Assembly (NCBI GenBank): GCA_021845575.1
Contig: JAJZVQ010000001.1
Coordinates: forward strand, 22,172 to 86,171
Direction of reading: 5' to 3'
DNA from: Candidatus Micrarchaeota archaeon
Lineage (GTDB): Archaea > Micrarchaeota > Micrarchaeia > Micrarchaeales > Micrarchaeaceae
Length of the DNA: 64,000 bases
Positions 36,847 to 46,943 of this stretch are shown one piece after another. Within the stretch, counting starts at the first letter, position 1. Each line of letters opens with the position of its first letter. The translations under genes and the position numbers were made by a program. Under the pieces are notes generated by a model. That model did not search any database, was not told the origin of the DNA, and was given only the letters and a program-made list of their open reading frames with translations.

Positions 36847-37974
36847 GTGGGAACTGGTGATAAATTGTCAAAAATAAAAAAAGAAAGCGGTGCAATAGAT
36901 CAGATCTCGAAATTCGGAAGCGACATGGTAAATGAGATATACGGAAACAAAAGTCCTTATTTCACAGCCCCCGTAAGATCCAGATCCAATATAATCTATG
37001 ACGATAAGGAAGGTCTGCTTACGCTTGGGAAATCCGAAGAGGAAAGAAATTTCATGAATATAGCCCAAACCAAGAAATTCATGCAGACAATAGCAATAGC
37101 CTCAAAATGCCATACGTTTCTTAAAGAAAATCTACATACGTCAATAAGAGGTCTTTTTTATCAATTGAAATATTCGCTAGGAGAGGACATAGACGAAAAT
37201 TTATTCAATGAGCAAAGCGAATCGAATCCGTTGATAGAGGATCTTGAAGCCGCATTGGGACTGAAAAGGGAAGACCTCAATCTCAGTGCCGACAGAAAAG
37301 GTTTCCTTGCGGGAAACATGAGGGTTATAGATACATTTGGAGATGAAAGGCTTGAGATAGATGCGAGCAAGCAGGGGAGGAGCGGGTGGTCAATTCCGAG
37401 CGACGTAGACAACAATATGGAATTTATCGATGTAAAGGCAAAATACGTGCTCGTAGTGGAAAAGGATGCGGTATGGCAAAGATTAAACGAGGATAAATTC
37501 TGGCAGAAGGAGAATGCCATACTCATAACACCAAAGGGGCAGGCGTCAAGAGGGACAAGAAGGCTTATAAGGAAGCTTTCCGACTTAGGGCTTCCGATAT
37601 ACGTGTTCAATGATTGCGATGCGTGGGGTTGGTATATTTACTGGACAATAAAGACCGGGAGCATGAATCTTGCCTACATAAGCAATGAGATAGCGACCCC
37701 GAAGGCAAGATTTCTTGGAGTGACAATGTCAGACATAGAAAACTACGACTTCCTTAAAAAATTGACCATGAAGACCACAGATATAGATATAAAAAGGGCC
37801 CAGGAAATGCTGTCCTATCCGTGGATAAGCAAGCACAAGGAGTGGGTCATAGAACTGAAAAAGGTAATACAAACGAAAACAAAACTCGAGCAAGACTCAT
37901 TGCAGGGTCCGAAGCTCACTTTTATAGGGGAGTATATAAGGGAAAAAATAAAGAACCAAACTTTTCTTCCATGA
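36847..37974 (+). CDS. top6A: DNA topoisomerase VI subunit A (Spo11-like)
   Basis: Toprim Glu in VLVVEKDAV, DxD in VFNDCDAWG, 5Y-CAP region upstream. GTG start. Confidence 0.9.
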   Translation: MGTGDKLSKIKKESGAIDQISKFGSDMVNEIYGNKSPYFTAPVRSRSNIIYDDKEGLLTLGKSEEERNFMNIAQTKKFMQTIAIASKCHTFLKENLHTSIRGLFYQLKYSLGEDIDENLFNEQSESNPLIEDLEAALGLKREDLNLSADRKGFLAGNMRVIDTFGDERLEIDASKQGRSGWSIPSDVDNNMEFIDVKAKYVLVVEKDAVWQRLNEDKFWQKENAILITPKGQASRGTRRLIRKLSDLGLPIYVFNDCDAWGWYIYWTIKTGSMNLAYISNEIATPKARFLGVTMSDIENYDFLKKLTMKTTDIDIKRAQEMLSYPWISKHKEWVIELKKVIQTKTKLEQDSLQGPKLTFIGEYIREKIKNQTFLP

Positions 37975-38026
37975 CATCCTCAGATTGCCGCGTAATCATA
38001 TTTTGTTTAGTCATTCCCGGTGGGAT

Positions 38027-39007
38027 TTAGATTTTATCAAAATTTATTTTTCTGCTGTCTTTTGAATTTTTGTCCCTGCTCAAAAGCACAATCCTACTCA
38101 GTTTATGTTCATCCGTTTCGATATACCCTGCCGATTCGGCAAGCCTGTGTGCGAATTCCGCTATTTCTTCATTGTTCGGCATGTCAAATAACGACAACCC
38201 TCTTTCTTTTTCTCTAGCTCCTCCCACAAAAGAAAATCCCTTGACTTCCACATAATTCGGCTTAGCCATGCCAATGAGTTTTACATATCCGTCCATATTG
38301 CCCATATTAAGCCCTTTTACCAAGGTCATTCTCAGTGCAGTCCTCGTTTTCAATGTTGACATGAATTCCAAAGATTTGAGGAATCTTTTCCACGCATCGC
38401 CTATCTTAGGCCTTACAACATTCATGTAAGTTTTGCTATCGGGAGCCTGGAGAGAGATATAAAACTGTGTGGGCATCAGTTCAAGCCTTTCGATAGCTTC
38501 TGGCAGAGTCCCATTGCTTACTACAAAAGTGCTCATTTTTCTTTTGTGAAATTCTTTTAGCAATTCGGAGAGATACGGATAAAAGGTCGGTTCGCCTGTG
38601 AGGCTCAGTGCCACGTGCATCGGAGAATTTGCTTCTTTCCATCTCTGCATTTTTAAATCGGTATCAGCTATGGATTTGAATCCGCTCACAATCCTTTGCT
38701 GCTCTTTTATCATATTCTCAGCAATATACCGCGGTTCATCCCATGAAGTCTTATTAAGCTCGTTCCATTTTGTATCAAACTCTTCCGGGATTATTCTCCA
38801 GCAGAATCTGCAGCTCAAATCGCATCCCACCGCAGGGGTTGCCTGCATGCATTTCCAGCTCTTTATCCCATAAAACAAATTTTTGTAGCAAAGAGTTTTG
38901 TCTCTCAGTCCATTTGCAGCATACTCGCATATTTTTACAGCCGAATGCTTTCCGACAAAATGGTAACCCTGCTTCTCCATTTTTTTACGTAGTAATTCTT
39001 GCATCAA
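38027..39007 (-). CDS. taw1: radical SAM 4-demethylwyosine synthase (Taw1/TYW1)
   Basis: VGCDLSCRFCWR CxxxCxxC cluster. N-terminal GYHFVGKHSAVKIC..TLCYK second-cluster region. LSLTGEPT. Confidence 0.85.
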   Translation of the reverse strand: MMQELLRKKMEKQGYHFVGKHSAVKICEYAANGLRDKTLCYKNLFYGIKSWKCMQATPAVGCDLSCRFCWRIIPEEFDTKWNELNKTSWDEPRYIAENMIKEQQRIVSGFKSIADTDLKMQRWKEANSPMHVALSLTGEPTFYPYLSELLKEFHKRKMSTFVVSNGTLPEAIERLELMPTQFYISLQAPDSKTYMNVVRPKIGDAWKRFLKSLEFMSTLKTRTALRMTLVKGLNMGNMDGYVKLIGMAKPNYVEVKGFSFVGGAREKERGLSLFDMPNNEEIAEFAHRLAESAGYIETDEHKLSRIVLLSRDKNSKDSRKINFDKI

Positions 39008-39060
39008 AAAACCGTTTAACTATAAAATTAAAAAAATAAAATAAAACTTAAAGAGAGAAA

Positions 39061-39240
39061 TCAAACCTTCTTTATTGCATGCTCTACTTTTTTCATGAGT
39101 TCTTCATTGACTTCCAGGTTATGCGCCTTTTTTGCATGTTCCCCTATCTTTGCTATCAGTGCGTCCTTTTTTTCATTCTCCGCTTTAAAGTCGCAATCCA
39201 TCCCCATATCCTTACAATTAAAGGAATATTTTTTTGGCAT
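39061..39240 (-). CDS. DUF1059-type small metal-binding protein
   Basis: MPKKYSFNCKDMGMDCDFKAE...HAKKAH pattern. Start taken at the second ATG of the track ORF. Confidence 0.6.
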   Translation of the reverse strand: MPKKYSFNCKDMGMDCDFKAENEKKDALIAKIGEHAKKAHNLEVNEELMKKVEHAIKKV

Positions 39241-39283
39241 TTTCTCACCAATCATTATTATTTGGAAAGGATATTATACCTTC

Positions 39284-39475
39284 TTATGTATTCGACCTGC
39301 AAATGAAACCTTTATAAGAGTTTCTATGGAATTTTACATCCGCATTGTTAAGCATATCATACTCGCCAGGGCTGGGATTTTCAGCATAAAGCTTTTGAAC
39401 CCAGGAGGCCGTGAGGCCATGCGCTTTCAAGATTTTTCCAGGCGCACGCGTTACCGGATTCCGCCACCCTGGCAT
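39284..39475 (-). CDS. hypothetical 63-aa protein, visibly GC-richer than its surroundings
   Basis: ATG-initiated ORF MPGWRNPVTRAPGKILKAHGLTASWVQKLYAENPSPGEYD... No family recognised. Confidence 0.3.
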   Translation of the reverse strand: MPGWRNPVTRAPGKILKAHGLTASWVQKLYAENPSPGEYDMLNNADVKFHRNSYKGFICRSNT

Positions 39476-39559
39476 TATTAGTATTTATATTAAATCTTTA
39501 AAAAGATGACGCTTTTATTTACACACAAGTTTTATATAATATTTTATATCCAATAGGAA

Positions 39560-40396
39560 ATGGAGGCTATGGAAAAGCAGGCAAGGATAAGGGAGAAGGC
39601 GATTCAAGAAACGAAGACCGGAGACGTATCTGTCAAGAAAAAGAATAATATTGATATAAGGAGAGAAGAAACAAGGTCTGAAAATGCCGAAAAAGAAAAA
39701 CTTTCTGCGAAGAATTTTCATAACTCAAAGAAAAGCATAATTATAAAATACTGGGATTCGGTATGTGATAAATTGAATATCGATCCGGGTATAAGGAAAA
39801 AAATACCCATCATAAAAAATAAAAGAACATACTCCGATGTTCCTTATTACACTTCCCCATCAAATGAGGAGGATTTTGGTTTGCCAGATTCTAAAAAAAG
39901 AGGATATATAGACTATATAGAGATGGATTTAGAATATGTCAAAAATCTCGAAAAAAATATCATACACGAGATAATCCATGCGCTTGCAGACAGGTACCAA
40001 CCCAGTTTAATAAAAAAGTATAATTTTTATTACAATAAGATATCAAAAGAAAAAAAAGAATCGGGGTATAGGGAGAGATATGCGGATATAGAATTGTCCT
40101 TAGAAGGAGTCCCGTTTCTCGCAGAAATGATACTTACAAATACCCAACCGCACGAAATTTTATTCGCCGCTACGGAAGAGGAGAAAATCCTAAATAAGAC
40201 AAAAGCATTTGAAGATTGGTCATATTGCCGTGCAAAGACCATAAGTTATTATGCGGCGGCGTATATTTCATTAAATTTTACGGAAAAAGAGAGATTGGAG
40301 ATAGTGGAAAAAATACTGAAGAGCCCTGCAGAAACTGCAGCAAAGGAACTGCTGAAATTTAAAAGTCTAATCGAAAAAGAGCTTAAAGAAGGATAA
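39560..40396 (+). CDS. hypothetical protein with an HExxH zinc-metallopeptidase-like motif
   Basis: K/E-rich N-terminus, then NIIHEIIHALADRY. Confidence 0.4.
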   Translation: MEAMEKQARIREKAIQETKTGDVSVKKKNNIDIRREETRSENAEKEKLSAKNFHNSKKSIIIKYWDSVCDKLNIDPGIRKKIPIIKNKRTYSDVPYYTSPSNEEDFGLPDSKKRGYIDYIEMDLEYVKNLEKNIIHEIIHALADRYQPSLIKKYNFYYNKISKEKKESGYRERYADIELSLEGVPFLAEMILTNTQPHEILFAATEEEKILNKTKAFEDWSYCRAKTISYYAAAYISLNFTEKERLEIVEKILKSPAETAAKELLKFKSLIEKELKEG

Positions 40397-40474
40397 TTTC
40401 ATCTAAAATTATTTTATATTTTGCTTTTATAAAGTTCAATTTTATCAATTGCTCAAAACAATCACAATGAAATG

Positions 40475-43400
40475 TCACATAAATTTTGAAAGGTTGAATT
40501 GCTTTGTTTCTTCATCATTTCCAAATACGGTGTCTATCTCCTTTTCTATAAGTTTTATCCTCTGTTTTATATAAATTTCTATATCATACCTATCCGCAAG
40601 GTTGGCTGCAGTATCCAAATATTTTTTTATACCCCCCTTTGATATTGTAAGAACTATCTTGCCTCCGCATTTTCTGCATACTCCTGAAAGAGGTACCCTT
40701 CTATATTTTGCGTTGCACGAAATGCACCTAAATGTCTGCTTTGAAAATGAGTGAAGGTTGCCTATCAAATCAGGGATGAAATGGCTGAGTATCAGTCTTT
40801 TTGCCGCGTCGGCTTTGTCTATCGAGGATAATTTGTCCATAAGCATGAATTGCGCGTCTATCTTATCCTGCATTGTTTTAAGCATTGTATAATTGCTTTT
40901 TTTTGGGGAATTGAGTATCGCTTCCGAAGAGCTTTCATGCGTGAAATCCAAATTTTCGAATATACTTTTATCGTTAAGCCTTGAATTCACCCTCTCTATT
41001 AATATCTCCCCCGGAGATACCCTTTGAAGGGTTTTATCATAAAACTCCTTACTATACTTATTTACAATTTCCATATCCCATACCTCGTCGTCTACCTCTT
41101 CAGGCTTTACATTAAGCGTGAGTATAAGGGGTGCATCCATCGTTCCTCCGACGCTAGTAGGCAAATATTTTTTTGAAAAATTTATAAGTGCATCAAGAAG
41201 CAACATAGTCGTATCCTCGTCGCCGTCGCAGTTTCGCCTTCTTGCGGATATCACATACGGGTGTGCAAAGCCCACATTAGCATCGGTAAATCCTATAATT
41301 CTGCATAATACTCCGGCCGAGGTGTGAGGCGAAAGCGTGATTGCACAGTGCCCTATCAAATCGTCAATGTTTTTTGCATTGTAAAATCTGTCCAATTTAT
41401 AAAAACGCTCCAATAAATCATCGACGAATTTCGAAATTTTTAAAAGATACTCGCCCCCCCTCCTGTTGAGTATTATATCCTGATGCTTCAGCTCAACCAA
41501 TTGATCTTCGCTCCTTAGATCGTTATGGAGATAATCGTGGGAATAACCCATACTACGCAATCTTTCGACGCTCGTGCCTATCTCCTTGGGATAAAAATGG
41601 GTTATCGGTGCGTCAGTAGCATCAAATCTGGAAGTGCCGTCCTTAAATACGTATATGCCATTAATGCTCCTTAATATTCCCTTATCTATCGCTTCTATTT
41701 CCCTTCCCTTGTTTATCATTCCCTTTACGCCTTTCATAAGCTTCGGCATCCTCTGGATATTTAAATTTAATCTATTTGCGGAATTTTCAATTTCTTTCGT
41801 AAGATTTATTTTTATGCTTTCATGAGACAATACCTTTCCTCCGCAGAATTTGCACACATCAGAGCCGATATCCGCATTCCTAGCGCATCTTTCGCATTTT
41901 CTTTCTATATACGCTCTGCAATTGTGCTTCCAGCAAAATTGTGTCAATAGCTTTTCATCATCTTTTGGGCACCTGTATCTCGCAGTTTCTATCTCTATGG
42001 TCTGGTTTCCAAACTTCTTTTTATCATTCATATATGCTTTCATCACATTCCTTTCTTTTCCGCCGTATTCACCTATGGGAAAAAGAAGATTAGGTGGCGG
42101 TTTCATAAGTCTTTCCTTTGCTTTTTCCGGTCTTCCCAACCTTCCTCCAATTCGTGTGGATCTTTGCATTATCTTGAACGGTGCGATTCTGTTGAGCAGA
42201 TCCAATGATACCGCATCATCATTTGCTTCATAGCCGCCCAACCTGTCGAAAGATATGATACCATCATTTACAAATCCGAGAGAAGTGATAAGGCTTTTTG
42301 CATCGTCCCCAATTATGATAACAGAATCCTCCTTTTCAGCGTGGGGTATGCATATTTTTTCTATAAAATCGATTACTTTATTCTTATCGCCAATTTTTAT
42401 TGATTCCAATTCAGATATTTTGTCTGAATTTATATCCGCTTTTGATACCGCATACGCAAGTCCTAACAATTCGCTTTGTGATATATCATTGTAATCGTAT
42501 ATATACTTAGGGTGCATTGGCACTTCATATTTTTTTGAATAATCCATTGCATCTGAAAAACTGTTTATATCCGGCATTTTTCCTTCATACCCCTTGGCAA
42601 CCAACTCCTCATACCAAAATTCCTCCACATAACTTGTAGGCTCGAGAGCCGTGTTTGTTTTTTTGAAATCACCCAATGTTACCAATATGTCTCCTACCGA
42701 GAGTATTTTTTTTATCCTGTCCTTATACCTTGTTGTTTCTTCGGCGGTGTTTATCCTGAACGCAGTCCCATCGTCAAGCTTTACAAATGGCCCTTCTATC
42801 GAATCAACGGGCATGGATATACAACCCTTTCCGGGTTTTTCAACCTTTACCTGCGTTCCGATTGCCATATATCCTCCGAGTATTATCATGGTTGCCGGAT
42901 TGAATCCTTTTGCCGCTATTCCAGTAAACCTTGACCTTCCGTATCTCAGCCTGAAGCTTCCATAGTGATCGGGATATGCGAGTATGGGTCTTCCTGCAAC
43001 CAGCTCATGGAGAAATACGACAGCTTTGTCCTCTTTTTTTTGTGTTCCCTTCTCACCCTTGTCCGCTTTTATAATATTATTCAGCCAATACCAATCAACC
43101 CTATTTTTTGTATGCTTTTGTATACTTTTTGCTTTTTGCGCTATTCCCTCACATACGACCAGCGCGACGCCGCTTCTTACCTTGTTGGTAATCATTTCTT
43201 CTTTTCCCTGCGAATCAAGCCTTTTTACGTTTCTATGTATACCTACCTCAAGATCTTCTGTCGGAACCCCGTCAATACATACCGGGCAATTCTCAATTAT
43301 TGTTTTGATATCATTTTCATCAGGCAGGTACTGCAATCTTGCAATTCTCAGATGGTAAAGCATTATCTCTTCAAGCGCCCTTTCCACTTCAATCTTTTGC

Positions 43401-43906
43401 GGCCTGTATGCGCTTATGTTAAATAATTTTCTCGCATAATCCGCAAGCGCCACGGACAACGCCGCACTAGTGCCGCCGGCACCCCTTATAGGACCAGCAT
43501 AGACGATTGCGATATAATCGGAACCATCGCTGTTTTTATGCAACTTTATATTCTGCAAACCCTCTGTGGGAGCAACCAGTATTCCCTCTGTAAGAATTGC
43601 CAATCCTACTCTTACAGAAAGCAGCAGTCTTTCCTCAAGTTCCATCGAAAATTTATCATTAGTGCAAAGCTCTTCTACTACGGAAAAGGCAAGTTCTTGT
43701 CGCGTCTTGGCGGTCTTTTTTCTTATGATCTCTTCTATTCCGTTGACGCCGATTATTCCTTCTATCCTGGATGCAAGGTCCGGAGCGGGTTTTATCTCTA
43801 TAAAAGTCTCCGGGTCAAACCCCCTTTTCTTTGCGTTGTCCGCTACTTTATACGCATTATCAAAGTAACCGTTTAATGCATGAAAATAATCGTCAATCGT
43901 ATCCAT
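40475..43906 (-). CDS. polC: DNA polymerase II (PolD) large subunit DP2
   Basis: About 1140 aa with conserved GPIRGAGGTS, multiple Cys4 fingers (CPKDDEKLLTQFC.., CERC..CKFC, CISC..CRKC) and C-terminal GGTMDAPL. Start set at MDTIDDYF, 4 nt after the DP1 stop. Confidence 0.92.
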   Translation of the reverse strand: MDTIDDYFHALNGYFDNAYKVADNAKKRGFDPETFIEIKPAPDLASRIEGIIGVNGIEEIIRKKTAKTRQELAFSVVEELCTNDKFSMELEERLLLSVRVGLAILTEGILVAPTEGLQNIKLHKNSDGSDYIAIVYAGPIRGAGGTSAALSVALADYARKLFNISAYRPQKIEVERALEEIMLYHLRIARLQYLPDENDIKTIIENCPVCIDGVPTEDLEVGIHRNVKRLDSQGKEEMITNKVRSGVALVVCEGIAQKAKSIQKHTKNRVDWYWLNNIIKADKGEKGTQKKEDKAVVFLHELVAGRPILAYPDHYGSFRLRYGRSRFTGIAAKGFNPATMIILGGYMAIGTQVKVEKPGKGCISMPVDSIEGPFVKLDDGTAFRINTAEETTRYKDRIKKILSVGDILVTLGDFKKTNTALEPTSYVEEFWYEELVAKGYEGKMPDINSFSDAMDYSKKYEVPMHPKYIYDYNDISQSELLGLAYAVSKADINSDKISELESIKIGDKNKVIDFIEKICIPHAEKEDSVIIIGDDAKSLITSLGFVNDGIISFDRLGGYEANDDAVSLDLLNRIAPFKIMQRSTRIGGRLGRPEKAKERLMKPPPNLLFPIGEYGGKERNVMKAYMNDKKKFGNQTIEIETARYRCPKDDEKLLTQFCWKHNCRAYIERKCERCARNADIGSDVCKFCGGKVLSHESIKINLTKEIENSANRLNLNIQRMPKLMKGVKGMINKGREIEAIDKGILRSINGIYVFKDGTSRFDATDAPITHFYPKEIGTSVERLRSMGYSHDYLHNDLRSEDQLVELKHQDIILNRRGGEYLLKISKFVDDLLERFYKLDRFYNAKNIDDLIGHCAITLSPHTSAGVLCRIIGFTDANVGFAHPYVISARRRNCDGDEDTTMLLLDALINFSKKYLPTSVGGTMDAPLILTLNVKPEEVDDEVWDMEIVNKYSKEFYDKTLQRVSPGEILIERVNSRLNDKSIFENLDFTHESSSEAILNSPKKSNYTMLKTMQDKIDAQFMLMDKLSSIDKADAAKRLILSHFIPDLIGNLHSFSKQTFRCISCNAKYRRVPLSGVCRKCGGKIVLTISKGGIKKYLDTAANLADRYDIEIYIKQRIKLIEKEIDTVFGNDEETKQFNLSKFM

Positions 43907-43910
43907 AAAA

Positions 43911-45422
43911 TCAGCTATTGAAGTCAAGCATAGTAAAATCGTATTTTTTTGCCTCAAATACCGGAAGTTTGCATGGAGTCGGTATATGTCCCTGTCTTAT
44001 CTGAAAATCGGTTCTTCCTTGCCATGTGCCACTGTTTATTATATTCACTCCTTTATACATCGCATCTCCGTTTTTATGTATGTGGCCCATATGGAGTATA
44101 TCGGGTATATCACTTATCACCAGGTTATCGTTCTTCAGCGGAGCAATCTCATTTCCCCCATATATCGGAGAAAGATGCCGCCTCTTCAAAATTTCAATCA
44201 TGACCTCCTCGGGCTTCGAATAACTTAGATTCGGAATTTTGCTTATCATAGAATCAAGTGAAGCTCCGTGATAAGTGAGAACATTAATCCCGTGCAAGGA
44301 TATGTAGCTCGGGTTTCGGATTAAATGCACGTTATCCTTAAAAGACCCAAACAGCTCTTCAGGTATCTCAGGCTGCGGCTCCGCTTTTTGCACCGCATCA
44401 TGATTTCCCGGTATAACAAACACATGTATATAATCGGGTATTAATTCAAGAAATCTGCTGAATATTTTATACTGTTTATATATATCGGGAACGGCAAGAT
44501 CCTTATACTGATCGGGGTAAACTCCTATACCATCAACTATATCCCCGCCAACTACCAGATATTTTACCTTGCCCGCAAGTTCCTTAGACACTCCGTTTCC
44601 ATTCAACCAATCTATCATTTTAAGGAAATTCTGTTCCATAAAAAGCTTGCTTCCTATGTGTATATCCGAAATAAAGGCAATTGCAAAGTCCTCGCGTACG
44701 CTATTCCTTTCTTTTATTTTAATGTCAGGCCAGAGAAATTCCTTTGCAATTACAAACGGGCCCGACACCTTTCCCTTTATTACTATTACTTCGTCATTTA
44801 TTATTTTGTTTGCACTTTCGAAAAGTTTTTTCCCGTCAATCGAATTCGAATTCATAAAAATTATTTTCGCTTCCGCATTTTCATCCTCAATGACAACCAT
44901 TATGTTTCCATTTTTCGTTGTTATCTTGTTTGATACCATACCTGATACAAGAACTTCCCTTCCATCGGTATACTTCTTCAATACTCCAAGATCCTGTATC
45001 AGTCCAGGAATCATGCGTTCTTCAAATATCCTCCTTATTTTCTCTAATCTGTTTCTAAAATATGTAACGAATCCGTTTGACGTATTCTCCACAACATCAT
45101 TGCTGTTATTGTTCAATATTCTGTAATCTGCAGATATCTCCGAAGCAAACGGCACAAACCCCGAGGATCTATTCACTTCTATGGGTATAGGCGCTTTTGC
45201 AGATTCCGAAATCTCCTCAATATCCTTTACGATTTTAATTATTTCGGAATTAGAGACTATTTTAATGGGTCCGGCCGAATCGTTTTTCAATTCCATTATT
45301 TTAGTCAATAAAATATTAATATCAACTTCGCCTATAGAGGTATCGGTAACATCCGCAGCCAACAGTATCCCAAACTCAGAAAGTCTTCTAGCAAGTTCTA
45401 CTCTTGTGTTATTATCCTGCAT
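43911..45422 (-). CDS. polB: DNA polymerase II (PolD) small subunit DP1 (Mre11-like exonuclease)
   Basis: Phosphoesterase motifs SDIHIGS, GGDIVDG, GNHD and GHIH, plus an N-terminal OB-fold region. Confidence 0.9.
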   Translation of the reverse strand: MQDNNTRVELARRLSEFGILLAADVTDTSIGEVDINILLTKIMELKNDSAGPIKIVSNSEIIKIVKDIEEISESAKAPIPIEVNRSSGFVPFASEISADYRILNNNSNDVVENTSNGFVTYFRNRLEKIRRIFEERMIPGLIQDLGVLKKYTDGREVLVSGMVSNKITTKNGNIMVVIEDENAEAKIIFMNSNSIDGKKLFESANKIINDEVIVIKGKVSGPFVIAKEFLWPDIKIKERNSVREDFAIAFISDIHIGSKLFMEQNFLKMIDWLNGNGVSKELAGKVKYLVVGGDIVDGIGVYPDQYKDLAVPDIYKQYKIFSRFLELIPDYIHVFVIPGNHDAVQKAEPQPEIPEELFGSFKDNVHLIRNPSYISLHGINVLTYHGASLDSMISKIPNLSYSKPEEVMIEILKRRHLSPIYGGNEIAPLKNDNLVISDIPDILHMGHIHKNGDAMYKGVNIINSGTWQGRTDFQIRQGHIPTPCKLPVFEAKKYDFTMLDFNS

Positions 45423-45538
45423 GTTACCCCCTCTGAATACAGACTATTTTTTAAGATATGCCAATTTCAATATCAAAATTATAATTTGTTGAAGTCATTC
45501 GTGTATTATAAAGAATATAAGTAAATTTGTATTAATTA

Positions 45539-45802
45539 CTATTCCTTGATAGATTCTAACAGACTCAGAATATTCCATACAACCGTTCTTGCCTGTGTCG
45601 GGAGATTGATATCATTGCTAATGCTGTCTATGCTATATATTGCCCCCGCGATTCTTATGGTATATGCTCCTTCTGCGTTAAGTTTGTTTTTTGCTTCGTT
45701 GATTGCAGTCCTAACATTTTTTGGCACAGACGTATCATTTGCAAGCATATCTATGTACATATTAATCTGCTTTATTATTTCTACTACCTTTTCTTCCTCC
45801 AT
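45539..45802 (-). CDS. UPF0147-family small archaeal protein
   Basis: 87 aa and helical. DTSVPKNVRTAINEAKNKL .. DINLPTQARTVVWNILSLLE is a duplicated helix-hairpin pattern. Confidence 0.6.
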   Translation of the reverse strand: MEEEKVVEIIKQINMYIDMLANDTSVPKNVRTAINEAKNKLNAEGAYTIRIAGAIYSIDSISNDINLPTQARTVVWNILSLLESIKE

Positions 45803-46007
45803 ACAATCATCTGAATAAATAGTATTATAACTTATTCAAAGAATCTATTTATAATTATCCAATTTATAACATACAGTGAACTACTCTTCCATTGTGGAAG
45901 GGACTTTTTGCCATATAGAGTTAAAAGTTTTGCAACCTTCAGCCAAAAACTACCACGCAAAATTAACCAATAATCTATAAAAACCTAAAATTCGGAAAAT
46001 GCCCAAT

Positions 46008-46931
46008 TTATATGCTTATGTTCAAGACAAATCTTGCAAAATAACCAAGCATGATTGTAACAGATGTTGCTCCAAGCGAAATCAAAAGCGTTTTTATTAC
46101 CCTCCTTTTTATGCTGACATTCGTTATTATGGCAATTAACGCCGCAGTAGTTGACAAGACTATCATAGTAAGAACAACCGATATCAATATCCCATACGCC
46201 CCGCCTATGCCGAATATAAATGGAATGAGGGGAAAAATAGCCCCGATTATATAGGATATACCTGTATAAAAAGAGGACTTATTCGGCGATGCATAAGATT
46301 TTTTCTGTACTATCCTAACGTCCTTTTCATATTCCGTTGAAAGATATGCCGCCCCAACCATGGAAAAGGTGCCGGACAGGGCAACAATCACCCCTCCTAC
46401 CAACACAAGAATAGGGAGTTTGATTGCCGCCGCAAGCCCTGCAGTAGCCGCCAGAACTTCAACCAATCCGTCATTCATCCCTATTGTTATATTTCTTATG
46501 TTTTCAATAACATCGCTATACTCGTTTATGCTGTTTTTCAGCGGGGTTTCCCTGATCCTTTCATCCTTTTTGATTTTGCTTATTATCTCCCTTTCCCGTT
46601 TTGTTTTAAAAACGAAACTGATATTGTCAAGCTTTTTGTGATATCCGTCTTCTTTATACTCAAGGAATTTTATTGCCATAGAGGTGCCAAAAACCTTCCT
46701 TATCATATCAAATAAAAGAGTATGCAGTTTAATTTTCAGCAAACTGATTTTTGCTTTTTTGGTGTCGACCAAAACTCCCCACAGTATTGTATGCTTTTTT
46801 TCAACATCCGCCAAATCATAAAAAACTTTTTTTAATTTCGGCGTGTTTTCTTTGTTTGCCAATAATCTGTATACTCCTGAATGCAGTTTCTCTTCCTTGT
46901 AAAGCATGTAAAGGTATTTTTTGTCATTCAT
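46008..46931 (-). CDS. VIT1/CCC1-family iron/manganese transporter with N-terminal ferritin-like domain
   Basis: N-terminal helical EEKLHSGVY..DVEKKH domain. C-terminal GMNDGLVEVLA.. followed by 4-5 TM helices. Confidence 0.7.
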   Translation of the reverse strand: MNDKKYLYMLYKEEKLHSGVYRLLANKENTPKLKKVFYDLADVEKKHTILWGVLVDTKKAKISLLKIKLHTLLFDMIRKVFGTSMAIKFLEYKEDGYHKKLDNISFVFKTKREREIISKIKKDERIRETPLKNSINEYSDVIENIRNITIGMNDGLVEVLAATAGLAAAIKLPILVLVGGVIVALSGTFSMVGAAYLSTEYEKDVRIVQKKSYASPNKSSFYTGISYIIGAIFPLIPFIFGIGGAYGILISVVLTMIVLSTTAALIAIITNVSIKRRVIKTLLISLGATSVTIMLGYFARFVLNISI

Positions 46932-46943
46932 CAATTGCACCAA

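Noticed and set aside
39095-39481. 128-codon plus-strand ORF
   Set aside because: It overlaps the DUF1059 gene and the GC-rich minus-strand ORF in antisense and has no recognisable features.
40475-45422. Inteins or frameshifts in the PolD subunits, and the many 60-150-codon plus-strand ORFs across them
   Set aside because: Both subunits are continuous and of normal intein-free length with all motifs in order. The plus-strand ORFs are antisense artefacts.
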